Source of the DNA: Candidatus Poribacteria bacterium | Lineage (GTDB): Bacteria > Poribacteria > WGA-4E > PCPOR2b | Direction of reading: 5' to 3' | NCBI GenBank assembly: GCA_965198175.1 | Contig: OZ240245.1 | Coordinates: 4,032,001-4,096,000 of the forward strand | Length of the DNA stretch: 64,000 nt | Shown: in pieces, positions 50,960 through 61,468 of the stretch | Position numbering within the stretch: the stretch's first letter is position 1 | How the letters are laid out: every line of letters begins with the position of its first letter | Program-made: the position numbers and the translations under genes | Notes under the pieces: model-generated | What the model was told of the DNA's origin: nothing | The model's input: only the letters and a program-made list of their open reading frames with translations | The model's database searches: none

Positions 50960-51183
50960 TCGCAATGTTCTCCTCCAAGTGGAATGGACGAATGGATTAA
51001 GAATTTCTGTCCGTATTCTCCGGGGCTGCAAACCGCGCAAGTTCCCTCCAAATATCACCGGTGCGCCTACGAATAGATCGGCGCGCGGTTAATACAGACT
51101 CATGTCAACGCTAGCCCGCGCTTAATTCGCTATTAAGCGGGACGCGATGGGACCTGCGCGTAGATAGCATGGGGAAACCGTGT

Positions 51184-51633
51184 CTAAATGAGGAGTGTAG
51201 TGGTACGGAGGGATACGAGGGTTGGATTGATTAACGGCTTAGCGCCGAAAAGAGCGGTGCAGATTGGAATTGTAGGGACATGCGGTTCAGATGCCTCCAG
51301 CGCCGCAGCGGAAACTGCGTGGCGTGCTAGCACATTCTTGGCAGGAACAACATGCGGTTGTTTGTCTAAGGGGACAAAGATGGCGAGATCGATGCACCAA
51401 CCACAGTGATCTGCTTCCGATGCGGATTCAGTGAGCGTTGCCCCCTCGCGTTCCGAGTCAAAAGGGTGTGCGTCGGTACATCGTCCGTTAGCGCCCACTT
51501 CAAATTCGACGTGACCGTCTGCACCGATACACAGAACATAGTTGGACAGCGGCACCGGTGTAATGATGACATAAAGTAGCAGCCAAATCAAAGGGATGGC
51601 GGTGCTCTTTTTTGACATCAAGAGAGATTCCAT
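51184..51633 (-). CDS. Small exported Cys/His leader protein of the efflux operon
   Basis: Signal/TM, VLCIGADGH, HCGWC, C-terminal LRTTTLLI; start 51633 or 51618. Confidence 0.75.
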   Translation of the reverse strand: MESLLMSKKSTAIPLIWLLLYVIITPVPLSNYVLCIGADGHVEFEVGANGRCTDAHPFDSEREGATLTESASEADHCGWCIDLAIFVPLDKQPHVVPAKNVLARHAVSAAALEASEPHVPTIPICTALFGAKPLINPTLVSLRTTTLLI

Positions 51634-51732
51634 TCTGGTTGTCTCGGAAATTGGCTGAAGTCTCAGGGACGCTCATTTCGACACTGGTTGTTGAACGTGC
51701 TGTTGCGAGCGGAACTCGCTCCTACTCTATGT

Positions 51733-51761
51733 ATTATAAGTCAATGTCGTCCAACTGTCAA
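51733..51761 (-). promoter_or_regulatory. Perfect-consensus sigma70 promoter of leader-czcCBA
   Basis: TTGACA-N17-TATAAT. Confidence 0.85.
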
Positions 51762-52002
51762 GTACAACAGTTGCAAGGTGCACCGCAACCGCGGTTTATT
51801 TTTGGCTGTCTGTAGAGGATCTCGCTACCCCGTACTAGACCGTGTGCAATGAAAAGGGATACAGAGAGACCATAGAGAAATCTGTGATTTGACAATCGCA
51901 GATCGTGTGCGACGAAGTGTTGAGTTTCGCTTGAATTTCGGCCCTTACAGTCGAAGGGAAATCTCGAAAGTCCTCCTGTGTGATTTCTCATAGGATTTCC
52001 GA

Positions 52003-52254
52003 TCAACCTAACTTACGCACTAGATGAAATACGGTGTTCAGCACCAACTGTAACGGATTGCCGCGTGCTCCCAAAACCGCGTCAAACCCGATTAGACCCG
52101 CCCATGAACGCCGCAGCGGATCGCACTTTAATCCCGATAACCGGCATGATGAGCCCAGTCCGTGCGCGAATGACAGCATGGTGATGAGTGTCGAATGCGT
52201 GTGTTGCCGAAGGCCGCGTTGAACGATGAAAAACAACCCGATCCGCTTTTTCAT
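52003..52254 (-). pseudogene. N-terminal remnant of a MacB/FtsX-type ABC permease
   Basis: IVQRGLRQH..STLIT..GFDAVLGARGNPLQLVLNTVFHL; compensating frameshifts in the middle; truncated. Confidence 0.7.
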
Positions 52255-52286
52255 GTCTGTAATTAAGGCCTGCATCCTTGTGGACA

Positions 52287-53580
52287 CTAAAAAAGTGTAA
52301 GCTGTCGATCTAAACACTCAGCCTGAGTAAAATCTTGTGGTTCGTATTTTCTGCTTTCCTTCCAAGTAGCATGAACGCAGTATTCAAAAAGCTCTCTTTT
52401 ACTGTTGCGTTTTCTTACCACCTTGTTACCAATATTTGTGAATCCAAGGGATTTCAAGGAATCCCCAAGTAGCTTTTCCGTCTGAACTTGCACACCGTAA
52501 AAACTGGAGTTGCCAACAATGAATGTATGTAATCACTGCACCTTTCTTCAAGCTTTTTCGCAAATTTTGAAGATGCAGGTGCATGTCATGAAAATATTTC
52601 CAGACATAATTCGCCATCAGTAAGGCATTCTTCTTTTTCGTTTCCAGAATTTGGAAAACAACAACATCCAAAGATAGCGGAAGTTCAAGTTCATTTGATG
52701 TCCAATCTTGAAGCCTGCTAGTTGCAACACCCCATGTTCCACCAATTGCTTTCCAATCCAATTCGCCAGCTTCCCGGGCAGAATCGAGAAACTTCGTCCA
52801 ATACATGTAAGGGCGAAGTTCACGAATATAACTTACGCGGTTTGGATATGGCGGGGACGTGATAACGTATGAATACTTCACGTTATTGATTGAAACCGGT
52901 TTTCTTGAATCCTCAAAATGCACCGATGCTGAACCAGTAAGTTCATCGCCGGTACTTTCGACGATTGCGCTTAATATTTTTTGATATAAGGAGCCAATCT
53001 GCTCAATTTGATAAGTTGCAACTTCATTCTGAAATGACATGGATATATGGTTGAATGCTGCCGAAGATGTTTCAATTACCAAACGACAGAATGCGATCCA
53101 GGCCAAGTTCGCAACATGGTCTCCTTTCGGTTCCCCAAACTGATTGACAAGTGCCTTACGAAGTGCAGCAAGCGCCTTCAAAGTATGCTCGCACCACCAC
53201 CGTGTGATATTATGTATTTCGGGCACCCAGTTATCTCTATCCGCAATACTTCTACAATCTGCAAGCACTTTGTTGTTTTCTATTTTCAGCCTTTCCAGTT
53301 CAGCTTTTGAGTAGTTCCGACATTTGGCATTTCCAAACCAAATAAGAAATGGGTTTATATCAAGACAATGTGCAGATAATCCATGCTCAGCAGCAACCAA
53401 ACCGCTTGTAGCTGTCCCAGAAAAAGGATCGAGAATGAAGGCATCCTCTGGGATACTATCAATTATCTCCTTTACCAGCTTGACCGAATAAGCGGGGGTC
53501 AAACGTAGCCATCCATGCCTGCCGAGCATTTTGTTGTATTTGAATGTATAGTCTGACCGTTGCTGAAATTTCATGTCCAT
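52287..53580 (-). pseudogene. Amino (probably N4-C) DNA methyltransferase, frameshifted
   Basis: DPFSGTATS then TSPPY; 4-bp duplication at 52518-52525; removing it restores ITYIVGNSSFYGVQVQTE.. Confidence 0.85.
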
Positions 53581-54380
53581 TACTCAGCACTCCGTAGTGT
53601 TTCGAGCACATTATGAATTTCTTTCTTTATTTTCGTTGTGTGATGTTTGAAGAAACCCGCTAAGTCGTAGGTCAAAACTTGTTCACAGAATGCATACAAG
53701 GATACGTTATTATTACCGCAAGTCGTACCGATGAGTATCCCGCAGCGATTGTTTCGGTATCTTAAAACAATGTCAGTATCAATTTGTGAAGAAAAAACTG
53801 CAAACACGGGTAGGTAATTGTTTGCCCATGCCACCGTGGCGTTGTCAATGTCCGCATTTTGACGTTTGGAATCCTTGCTTTTGTAGCCCTGACGAACTTC
53901 AAAAACTATGCCGTTAGTTGGTTCGGAAACTTCACCCAATTCCGAGCAATAGTTTTCTGTCCACTGCTTAACGTTGGTCAGTACCCTTTGATTCTGGATT
54001 TCTGAAAGTTCTAACCTGCCATCTAGAGATAACTTCTTCATTTTGCCGGAACGTGTTTTGGTGGTGTATGACCATGTGGCAAATTCAACATTTTTCTAAC
54101 CAGTCGTATCCATCAATACTGCGCGAAATAGCCGTTCACAGCCAATGCCAATCTGACGGTACACGGAAGTCATGCCACCCGCAAGCCGGTGGGCGGCATA
54201 CATAAGGTCCGTATCAAGACCGGTCCATGAATAGAAAGGATCTGAACTGTAAAGTGTCTTGAACTCGGTCAGAGAAAAGCCTTCTTCTTTGTTCCCATGA
54301 CCAAACTTCGGTCGGTAACTCTGGCACTTCCTTACGGGGGCTAAAAATGTTTCAAGGTATCGCTCTTCGTTTCTCGTCAC
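53580..54380 (-). pseudogene. Probable type II restriction endonuclease with in-frame TAG
   Basis: The two ORFs share a frame, separated only by TAG 54096-54098; LDG..FEVRQGYKSKD PD-(D/E)xK-like core; lies between two MTases with coupled start/stop. Confidence 0.75.
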
Positions 54381-55090
54381 ATCATCCTCAATGCGAGTTT
54401 ATTTGTACAAAGCCTCGATGACATGGCTAACAGTAGAATGGGGAAAAATTCTGTTTTAAATTTGTTCGGTCCCTTCAATCCATAAGCCGAAAGCCGATTT
54501 CGAGCCAATTCGCAATAGCCCGTGTCAATCTCAACGCCAACACCGATTCGTCGGTTATTGTGCGCCTCTACTAAGGTCGTTCCGCTGCCCAAAAAGGGAT
54601 CGAATACAACGTCCCCAACGTAGCTGAACAACTTGATGCAGCGATAGGGCAACTCACGCGGAAAGGGAGCGGGGTGCCCTACCCGTTTTTTACTCTCACC
54701 GTTAAAAGTCCATACCCCATTTGTCCATGCCATAAACTCATCGCGTGATACATCTGACTCTTTACTGCCGAGCTGCTTCTTCCAAGAATCCTTATACAAA
54801 ATGACAATTAACTCAACAGGGGCAATGACAAAGGGGGCAGACGCGGACATCCATGAGCCCCACGCCGTTCGACGAGAGATATTTCCTTCATTCCAGACAA
54901 TTGTGGCGTGGTAGTTCCAACCCACCTCCTGTGCAATTGTGGTGAGGTCCGCACCCACGCTACGATGGCCACCCTTGTTCTTATCGAGTGGAATGTTCAG
55001 CAGTAGGCGAGCGTGCGGCTTACTCCATTGATAGCAATTCCCTATCCACTGCCTACTAAAATCGAGGTAATCTTCATAACTTATCGTGTT
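54377..55090 (-). pseudogene. Beta-class N4/N6 DNA methyltransferase, 5' truncated
   Basis: HPAPFPRELP, VFDPFLGSGTT, GVEID; N-terminal xPPY catalytic motif absent. Confidence 0.85.
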
Positions 55091-55095
55091 CATCT

Positions 55096-55366
55096 CCCTC
55101 ACCTTCGTAAAGGTGTACCTCAATGATTGATGAATCAAATCCGCTGAGCGCTAAGGCAAACACATCTTCCTCACCATGTTCGTCATCGTCGTGATCGTCT
55201 TCCTCCTCCGGAGATTCAGGGAAAAATTCATCGCCATCGTGGTCAAGGAACACGGTGAAAACGTCAAGCTCGTCTCCGACTTTGAGCGTGATACTTCCCT
55301 CATCCATCCCCTGAAATTGGCGGTAAATCTCGTTCCCGTCAACCTTGAGGATAAAGCCGTCAGCAT
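55096..55366 (-). pseudogene. Internal 271-bp copy of the His-rich lipoprotein gene
   Basis: Colinear, high-identity match to 36538-36808. Confidence 0.92.
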
Positions 55367-55368
55367 TC

Positions 55369-55612
55369 GTAGGTTGGGTAGAGCGGGGTCGGCAAGGGTT
55401 GCCACATAGTGAGGATTGGTGTCGGGGGCTGAGTTCGTTTGAAATCTGTTATGATGCAGCGAAACCCAACGCTTTTCTTGTCTGTTATAGTTAAGGGTGC
55501 CGAGCGTTCTGGGGTTTGGAATCGTCGTTTTGTTTGAGACATTGAGAAACGTTGGGTTTCGGAGAAAACTATCGCCTTCGCTACCCGCTCAGTTGATCTC
55601 TACCCAACCTAC
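55369..55612. repeat. REPIN-like element copy 1 (GTAG family)
   Basis: Outer IR GTAGGTTGGGTAGAG/CTCTACCCAACCTAC; inner IR CGAAACCCAACG/CGTTGGGTTTCG. Confidence 0.85.
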
Positions 55613-55754
55613 AAGGACTTCATTGGGTGAATGAAATAACTGCGGCAGAAATTACAGTTTTTACAGTCTATAAAAAAAGGGGAATTTAGTCGCGAGGGAA
55701 GCATTGTTTTTGCAGGTTCCGGTCACGACACACTCACAATTACATTTAGCATTC

Positions 55755-55997
55755 GTAGGTTGGGTAGAGCGGGGTCGGTAAGTTTGCCACAAAGGGAGGA
55801 TTGGTGTCGGGGGCTGAATTGGTTTGAAGTTTGTTATGGTGCAGCGAAACCCAACGCTTTTCTTGTCTGTCATAGTTAAGGGTGCCGAGCGTTCTGGGGT
55901 TTGGAATCGTCGTTTTGTTTGAGACATTGAGAAACGTTGGGTTTCGGAGAAAACTATCGCCTTCGCTACCCGCTCAGTTGATCTCTACCCAACCTAC
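55755..55997. repeat. REPIN-like element copy 2
   Basis: Direct repeat of 55369-55612 including flanks AGCATTC and AAGGACT. Confidence 0.85.
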
Positions 55998-56320
55998 AAG
56001 GACTGCGAACCAATCAATTTCCGAGAAACGGTAATTGTCCTTAATCATAATCTTAGTATTCTAAGCCCTTGTACATCTACCTCAATTAAATGGAAAATGG
56101 TTTCACGCGGGATATTTCCCATGTAATTATACCAAGCCGAGCGAAGCGCCCTTGTTTATGTTGAAATGTGTCGTGATTGTGATTCTATCACACCGCCGCT
56201 ATCTGACAACAACCATTCTCATCCTGGCCGAACAACAGTTTGTCTGCCAGGCTTTAACCCTTAAGCTGTACATCGCTTCACCGCACGCCATTTTCCATTC
56301 CGGTGCCAAGCGTAAATTCC

Positions 56321-56349
56321 TTGACATCTGGGACTTCAAAGAGTATAAT
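56321..56349 (+). promoter_or_regulatory. Perfect-consensus sigma70 promoter
   Basis: TTGACA-N17-TATAAT upstream of the hicB-like gene. Confidence 0.8.
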
Positions 56350-56429
56350 CGAAAGTTAACGGCGGCGCAACCAAATGCGTCCTCATAACTAGACACTAAA
56401 GTTGCTTCTCAATGCTAGGGGACATCATT

Positions 56430-56716
56430 GTGAACGTCAACACCACCGCGTATTATACGATTACTGTGCTTTTAGACCCTCACAAGAGGGGGGTTATACA
56501 GTAACATGCGAGGAATTGCCAGAATTGATAACCGAGGGAGATTCGGTGGAGGAGGCATTTAATAACACTATTGATGCCTTCATCACAACGCTTAAACTAT
56601 ATGAGAATTTAGGGCGTGATTTGCCTGATTCTATTCGGTTGAATCGCAAAGCAAGGCAAGTTCCAGCAGATATGCGTGAGTGCTTTGAAACAATAAATCC
56701 CAAATCTCTAAAGTAG
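56430..56716 (+). pseudogene. hicB: HicB-family antitoxin, probably frameshifted
   Basis: YTITVLLDP (frame of GTG 56430) / QEGGYTVTCEELPELITEGDSVEEA (other frame); shift near 56480. Confidence 0.7.
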
Positions 56717-57261
56717 AAGTGGCGCGACGACTTACTGGTTCAAAGCCACCTTACCCTCGCCAAAAAACGTGCGCATGTCTAGTGAATTATAGGGTTTTAA
56801 CGCGCACACCTAAATCCCGATGCACATCGAACAAGTCTTCCGTCAAGAACGTCCTACTCTAGCCGTAAGACTAGGCTAGTTGCTCACGTTCAGCCTATGT
56901 CAACTGCTCGTTTGTCTCAAGCAACCTTCAAATGTCCAATCATCTCAGTCATTTCCTCGCCTCACTGACTGCCATACGTAGTCTAATTGAACAGTAGAAC
57001 CTTTGCCTCTGTTATCTTGTATTTCATTGATTAAAACCTGTGTGGGCGTTTCGCCTGTGTAGAATTACAGGTAGAGATAACCTATTTAGCTGAACAAAAC
57101 AGGACGATGAGTCGTTCAAAGTGCACATTATTGTGCAATAGCGACAAAGAAATGGCACAACTGTTGTCCCAGACTGACAATTTTCACACCGCCCGCAACC
57201 CCTGTGATTCATAAGGATTTCTGTATCTACACCGAGTCCTTTCTTGAAGGTTTTTTGGCAC

Positions 57262-57277
57262 TGGCATATATCTTGCT
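57262..57277 (+). promoter_or_regulatory. sigma54 (-24/-12) promoter candidate
   Basis: TGGCAT-N5-TTGCT; palindrome TGCACA-N4-TGTGCA at 57122-57137. Confidence 0.6.
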
Positions 57278-57370
57278 AAACATCAACAACGGAAGTGCCT
57301 GATTTCAGTGCTGAAGTTGAAGTATATAACGTTACGCATTAAAATCCCCTACGTTTTCGGGAGGCGTGAC

Positions 57371-58218
57371 ATGAAATCCCTAGCCTTGATGTTAGTTCTG
57401 GCGGTTGCAGCGTGTAGCGAGTCCGAAACCCCCCATTACCTATTGAGAATCCTATGGCTGTACCTAGTGCGTTGCCGCACGGCGTCCAGTACGCAATCCC
57501 TGAAGGCATACACCCGAACCTCGCCGCTTACTTCGACGACTTGCAGCCCCATATGTCTCAGCGCGAATGGCAATTCATACTCAAACAGGTGCACGACAGT
57601 TGATATGGACGGGCGGTTCCATTTAGAAAGCGATTACGATACAACCTTTCGGAACGCGCATTTCAGTATGTATTTACTACCAATGGTATAGCACTGCGCT
57701 TGCGTCCGTACAAAACGCTTAGCGTCGGGGATCGTATAGAAACTGCTGCCCATTTCTTGGGGAACGGCGGTATTTATCACGTCGATCATGGACAAGTCTA
57801 TTACACCGACGCTAGCCAACTAAGAGTGGTAGAGCTTGTAGAAGATAGAGGGAATAGAGGTATGAGCGGCTTAGGTTTAGGTAAACCTGACATCAGTCAC
57901 GACGAGTTCATCAGTAGATTCGAATCAATACGCCGGTTTATAATCGACAACTTCTTCGCTGGGCATGGTGTTCAGGTGCCGCCCATACCAGCCGATTTAG
58001 ACATCGCCCTGTTTGTGGTCAACGTCGACGGCAATCTGCTCAGCACGGTACACGAGGGTAAGGGAACGATCTATCCTATAGACGCCGTCCCTCATGCGAC
58101 GGACGCCCAGATTGAGGAGTACAACACGCTTTACAGTCCCTGGTCTTATGATTGTGTCGAGTCTGATGTAAATCCTGACGACGTTGTGATCTTTAATCAG
58201 CTGTACATTGGCGAATGA
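57371..58218 (+). pseudogene. Lipoprotein pseudogene
   Basis: GGAGG RBS, VAAC lipobox; frameshift in a C6 run near 57429-57434; in-frame TGA at 57601; continues into the 57700-58218 ORF. Confidence 0.65.
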
Positions 58219-58307
58219 CGGTTGCCGCCATGCGTGTAGGGAGGCGAGGAGTAAATCAAAAAAGGGGGATAGTGGTAAGGAAGATTACTGTGGTTGGTGG
58301 GCTTTGT

Positions 58308-58607
58308 TTAGAAACTAAGGTTGAATTGGTTCATATAGCCGTTATAGACAAGCACCCCTTGTCCGAGAATGTCTCTACCGACTAGACAGGAGATGTTTTG
58401 CCCTTGCAACGGTACTGCAGTAACGGTAAAATTAGCAACATGCGTATTATTGGGAAACACCATATTTGCCAGATACTGGTAACACAGCACCCCAGTAGAA
58501 GTTGGTGTTGTTATTAGAACATCACCGACCGGGTCCAATCCTAAGGTCCCAGGAATGTCGTCACGAATTGCCGTAAGCGTTGCGCCTGTGCCTATCATGG
58601 CAGGCAC
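58308..58607 (-). pseudogene. Retropepsin-like aspartyl protease remnant
   Basis: AMIGTGAT (DTGA with Asp->Gly), LVGRDIL; 5' end missing. Confidence 0.65.
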
Positions 58608-58649
58608 ATCAATATATTGTTGTGCTTGCTCAGCGGGAGGTGAAACTTG

Positions 58650-58733
58650 CTATGGGAATGCTACGATTACACGGACTCGAAAGTGCTTAAAGTTGCGAAA
58701 TCCAAACGCACAGCGTTTGATGTGCGTAATCTT
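58650..58733 (-). mobile_element. ISL3-family transposase C-terminal remnant
   Basis: KITHIKRCAFGFRNFKHFRVRV* matches the ISL3 KIK.IKR.AYGFRN..FR.RI motif. Confidence 0.7.
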
Positions 58734-58795
58734 AAATTCTATGTTATGGACCGCGCCATTGGCAATGCGGTACCGAACGAAAGGAGACGTTCAAA

Positions 58796-59575
58796 ATGAA
58801 GCTGAATAGATTCTGTGTTGTATATATTGCGTTAATATTTTTGGCAACCGGATGCGAAAAGCAGAAGTCATCCAACTGCCCCATGATTAACCCTGAGACG
58901 ATTATCGCCATGTGGCTTTTTGACGATGACCACGAACAAATCGCCACTGATTCGTCTGGCAATGGACACGATGGGCGCTTGATGGAGGACCCCATGCGAG
59001 CCCCCGGCAAGTTTGGCACAGCTCTGCGCTTTCGCGGAGATGGCGATGCCGTCGTCGTCCCCGACTTTGGTGAGGTTGTTCCCAGTAGCGAAGTGACCGT
59101 CGTGGCATGGGTCAAACTTGAAGAGGTCAAAAATCACGACCTTTTCAGTTTGGTTCCAATTAACCGAAGTGGTCATTGGAGACCCGAGTTAGATGATCGC
59201 TTCACCGTGCACTTCCCGTGGAATAAGCCCATACCTAACGCTATTCACTGGCAATTTGGTGGAAAACAGATTAGGTTGGAACGTCCCTTGGATACTCTGG
59301 GCAGGTGGGAACACTGGGGCTTTGTATGCAGCGCGAGCCAAAATTTCATGAAAATTTACAGAAATGGGTCCGAAGTGGCGTCGCATGAGAGTGCGAGTCA
59401 ATATGTTCCGCGTAATGCGGATTTGCACATCGGAGGTCGGCCTCGATCCTTGACGGGCGGTACATTCGGGGGTATTATCGACGAGTTCGCCGTATTGGAC
59501 GTTGCGCTAGGTGAGCGCGAAATCGAAGCGTTGATGGGCGGGCTTCAAAATACCACCTTGCCGATGAAGCCGTGA
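58796..59575 (+). CDS. LamG-like jellyroll lipoprotein
   Basis: ATGC lipobox; WLFDD..DSSGNGHDG..GKFGTALRF; GRWEH; KIYRNG; GIIDE; AAGGAG RBS. Confidence 0.88.
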   Translation: MKLNRFCVVYIALIFLATGCEKQKSSNCPMINPETIIAMWLFDDDHEQIATDSSGNGHDGRLMEDPMRAPGKFGTALRFRGDGDAVVVPDFGEVVPSSEVTVVAWVKLEEVKNHDLFSLVPINRSGHWRPELDDRFTVHFPWNKPIPNAIHWQFGGKQIRLERPLDTLGRWEHWGFVCSASQNFMKIYRNGSEVASHESASQYVPRNADLHIGGRPRSLTGGTFGGIIDEFAVLDVALGEREIEALMGGLQNTTLPMKP

Positions 59576-59668
59576 TGCGCTTTTCTTCGGTCTCTGCGGC
59601 GGCAGGCAAACCAGCCGTTTGGGTCGTTGAGGATGCCGCTCTCTTTGTCGCGCTTGATTTTGTAGCGG

Positions 59669-59854
59669 TCAATGTACCATTCCAGCGGCGACACTGATTG
59701 CCTGTCCCCAATTGTGTTCTAAAATATCTTTGAGGCACCCTCGCAGAGAATCAAGAAGTTCATCATATGTTCGCTCTTGACAATTTACACCGGGGATGTC
59801 TTTAATCCATCCAATCCACCATTCGCCTTGTTGTTGGACAATGGCAGTATACAT
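59669..59854 (-). CDS. hicB: HicB-family antitoxin (possibly 3' degraded), no hicA partner
   Basis: YTAIVQQQGEWWIGWIKDIPGVNCQERT; GGAGG RBS. Confidence 0.75.
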   Translation of the reverse strand: MYTAIVQQQGEWWIGWIKDIPGVNCQERTYDELLDSLRGCLKDILEHNWGQAISVAAGMVH

Positions 59855-60167
59855 CTGATCTGCCTCCATTTTAGTTTTGGGTTTAAATTGCCATACGTAT
59901 CGACGGGTGCTTTAGGTGGTAGGAGCAGGAGTCGTAACCGTAGAGTGCTTGGTGAGAACACAGATCCCCACCTTCGTGATAAGGTTCTATATTTAGCGTC
60001 TTGATAAATCAGGGGAAGCTGGTCGTTACCTAAAAATGCCATTAGTCTTTGAAATGTCGTATGGACATCGTTACCGTAACGATGTGCCGCGCAGACCGCT
60101 TGACTTGTATTTGTCTTCCTCAGTCTTATTCAGAGCCGCCGTACGATGATTTAACGGACAATTTCTG

Positions 60168-60455
60168 TCATTCTCGTGCACGGTTAATATTTCGAGATTC
60201 CCATTCGTGAGATTGGTGTTCTTCGTATCTCCTTCGTTTGCGTTTCGAACGCCATAAGTGCAGAACAATCCACAACGGAACCGCGACAAGAAGAATGGGC
60301 CATAGTGCAAGTAGGGCCCAAAATAGATACCCAAAGAAGATGAGCGCGATCATAACCAAAAGTCCTGCGACACTATATAGAAACACCCTTAACGACAATA
60401 TTCCTATTGTTATAAAAAGTGGTATTAACGCGATGATTATGATAATCTCGAACAT
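60168..60455 (-). CDS. Small membrane protein
   Basis: Long hydrophobic stretch followed by RSKRKRRR; AAGGA RBS. Confidence 0.6.
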   Translation of the reverse strand: MFEIIIIIALIPLFITIGILSLRVFLYSVAGLLVMIALIFFGYLFWALLALWPILLVAVPLWIVLHLWRSKRKRRRYEEHQSHEWESRNINRARE

Positions 60456-60719
60456 TTGTTCGTCCTTTTGTAGCAAGTCCTACGCAATGTGAAGCGGATC
60501 AAATCCAGGCGCAGCGCCCATTGCCCTGATAATTTGCAGGGCATTCGGCTCCCATGTTCGGCGGAAAATGTCAAGCAAAATCGTCTGACGCCTCCTTGAA
60601 TTGTCCTAAACAATGAACTACGTAACCCCGAATCGCGTAAAATTCAGCGCAATTAGGATCTTTATACGATATCGCAGCAAACCACACAAAAAACCTATTG
60701 GCGACAGCAGGCACTTTGC

Positions 60720-61015
60720 CTAGTCCTCCTTTACCTCTTGAACATACTTTTTCATGTTGCCAGTGGGATGCAAAATAATCTCGCCTTCAATAAGCGCATC
60801 CTCAATTGCTTTGCCCACTTCTATAAAGTGAATCAAAGTGGTGTTCGACGCCCGATTTTATGCCATGCGCACGATTGCTTCTGAGCGCGACAGTCCCGCT
60901 TGTCCAAGCGTGTTTCGGAACAATCTTTCCCTTTTCTGTTGCGATTTCATCAGTAAACAAATACACAGTTAGAGCAATTGTTTTCTCTCCGTGTTTTGCT
61001 TCGTGTTCGTCAATC
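60720..61015 (-). pseudogene. Frameshifted small hypothetical gene
   Basis: EAKHGEKTIALTVYLFTDEIATEKGKIVPKHAWTSGTV..HGI..FDSL / IEVGKAIEDALIEGEIILHPTGNMKKY; shift near 60826. Confidence 0.5.
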
Positions 61016-61397
61016 TAGAGAATACTCCTCTGCGGATGATGTAGGGTTTACAAAACATTGAAAATTCGGCTGCTTAGGCAATTGATTAGTCTTGCCTAGT
61101 CAACGTAATAGCGACTTGCAAAAAGCTTCAGGATTCAATACACGGCCTTTAAAATCCATCGCAGCAGCCGTCATATTGATGCGAATCTCTAAATTGTTAG
61201 TTTTGGGGTTACGCATTCTCGCATCGTGCACTGTGTGAAAGTGTCGCAAGGGCGGTCGCCGGGATTGGCGACCGCGACACCCCTCAACCAATGCGATACA
61301 CTTAGTTTAACAAATCCCACCCCGATTTTCAACCGTTCATTTCCCCTCGCTCGCCCACTCTCTACAGTTCCCTGTAAATACACGTGTCAGATTTTCC

Positions 61398-61426
61398 TTG
61401 ACCGCTTAATATATTCATAGTATACT
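61398..61426 (+). promoter_or_regulatory. sigma70 promoter of the mutagenesis cassette
   Basis: TTGACC-N17-TATACT. Confidence 0.75.
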
Positions 61427-61468
61427 TTTGTTAAGTTTTAGCAGATAGGATAGAGGATTCATACAACT

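Noticed and set aside
54096..54098. Programmed TAG readthrough (pyrrolysine or alternative code)
   Set aside because: TAG is a normal stop in other genes here and both flanking MTases are broken, so a nonsense mutation is simpler
55362..56004. CRISPR array, or the 60-88 aa ORFs in these repeats
   Set aside because: Two long palindromic units with no repeat-spacer period and no cas genes; the ORFs are by-products of the repeat
57601..57603. Selenocysteine TGA
   Set aside because: No redox motif or evident SECIS; the gene also has a frameshift
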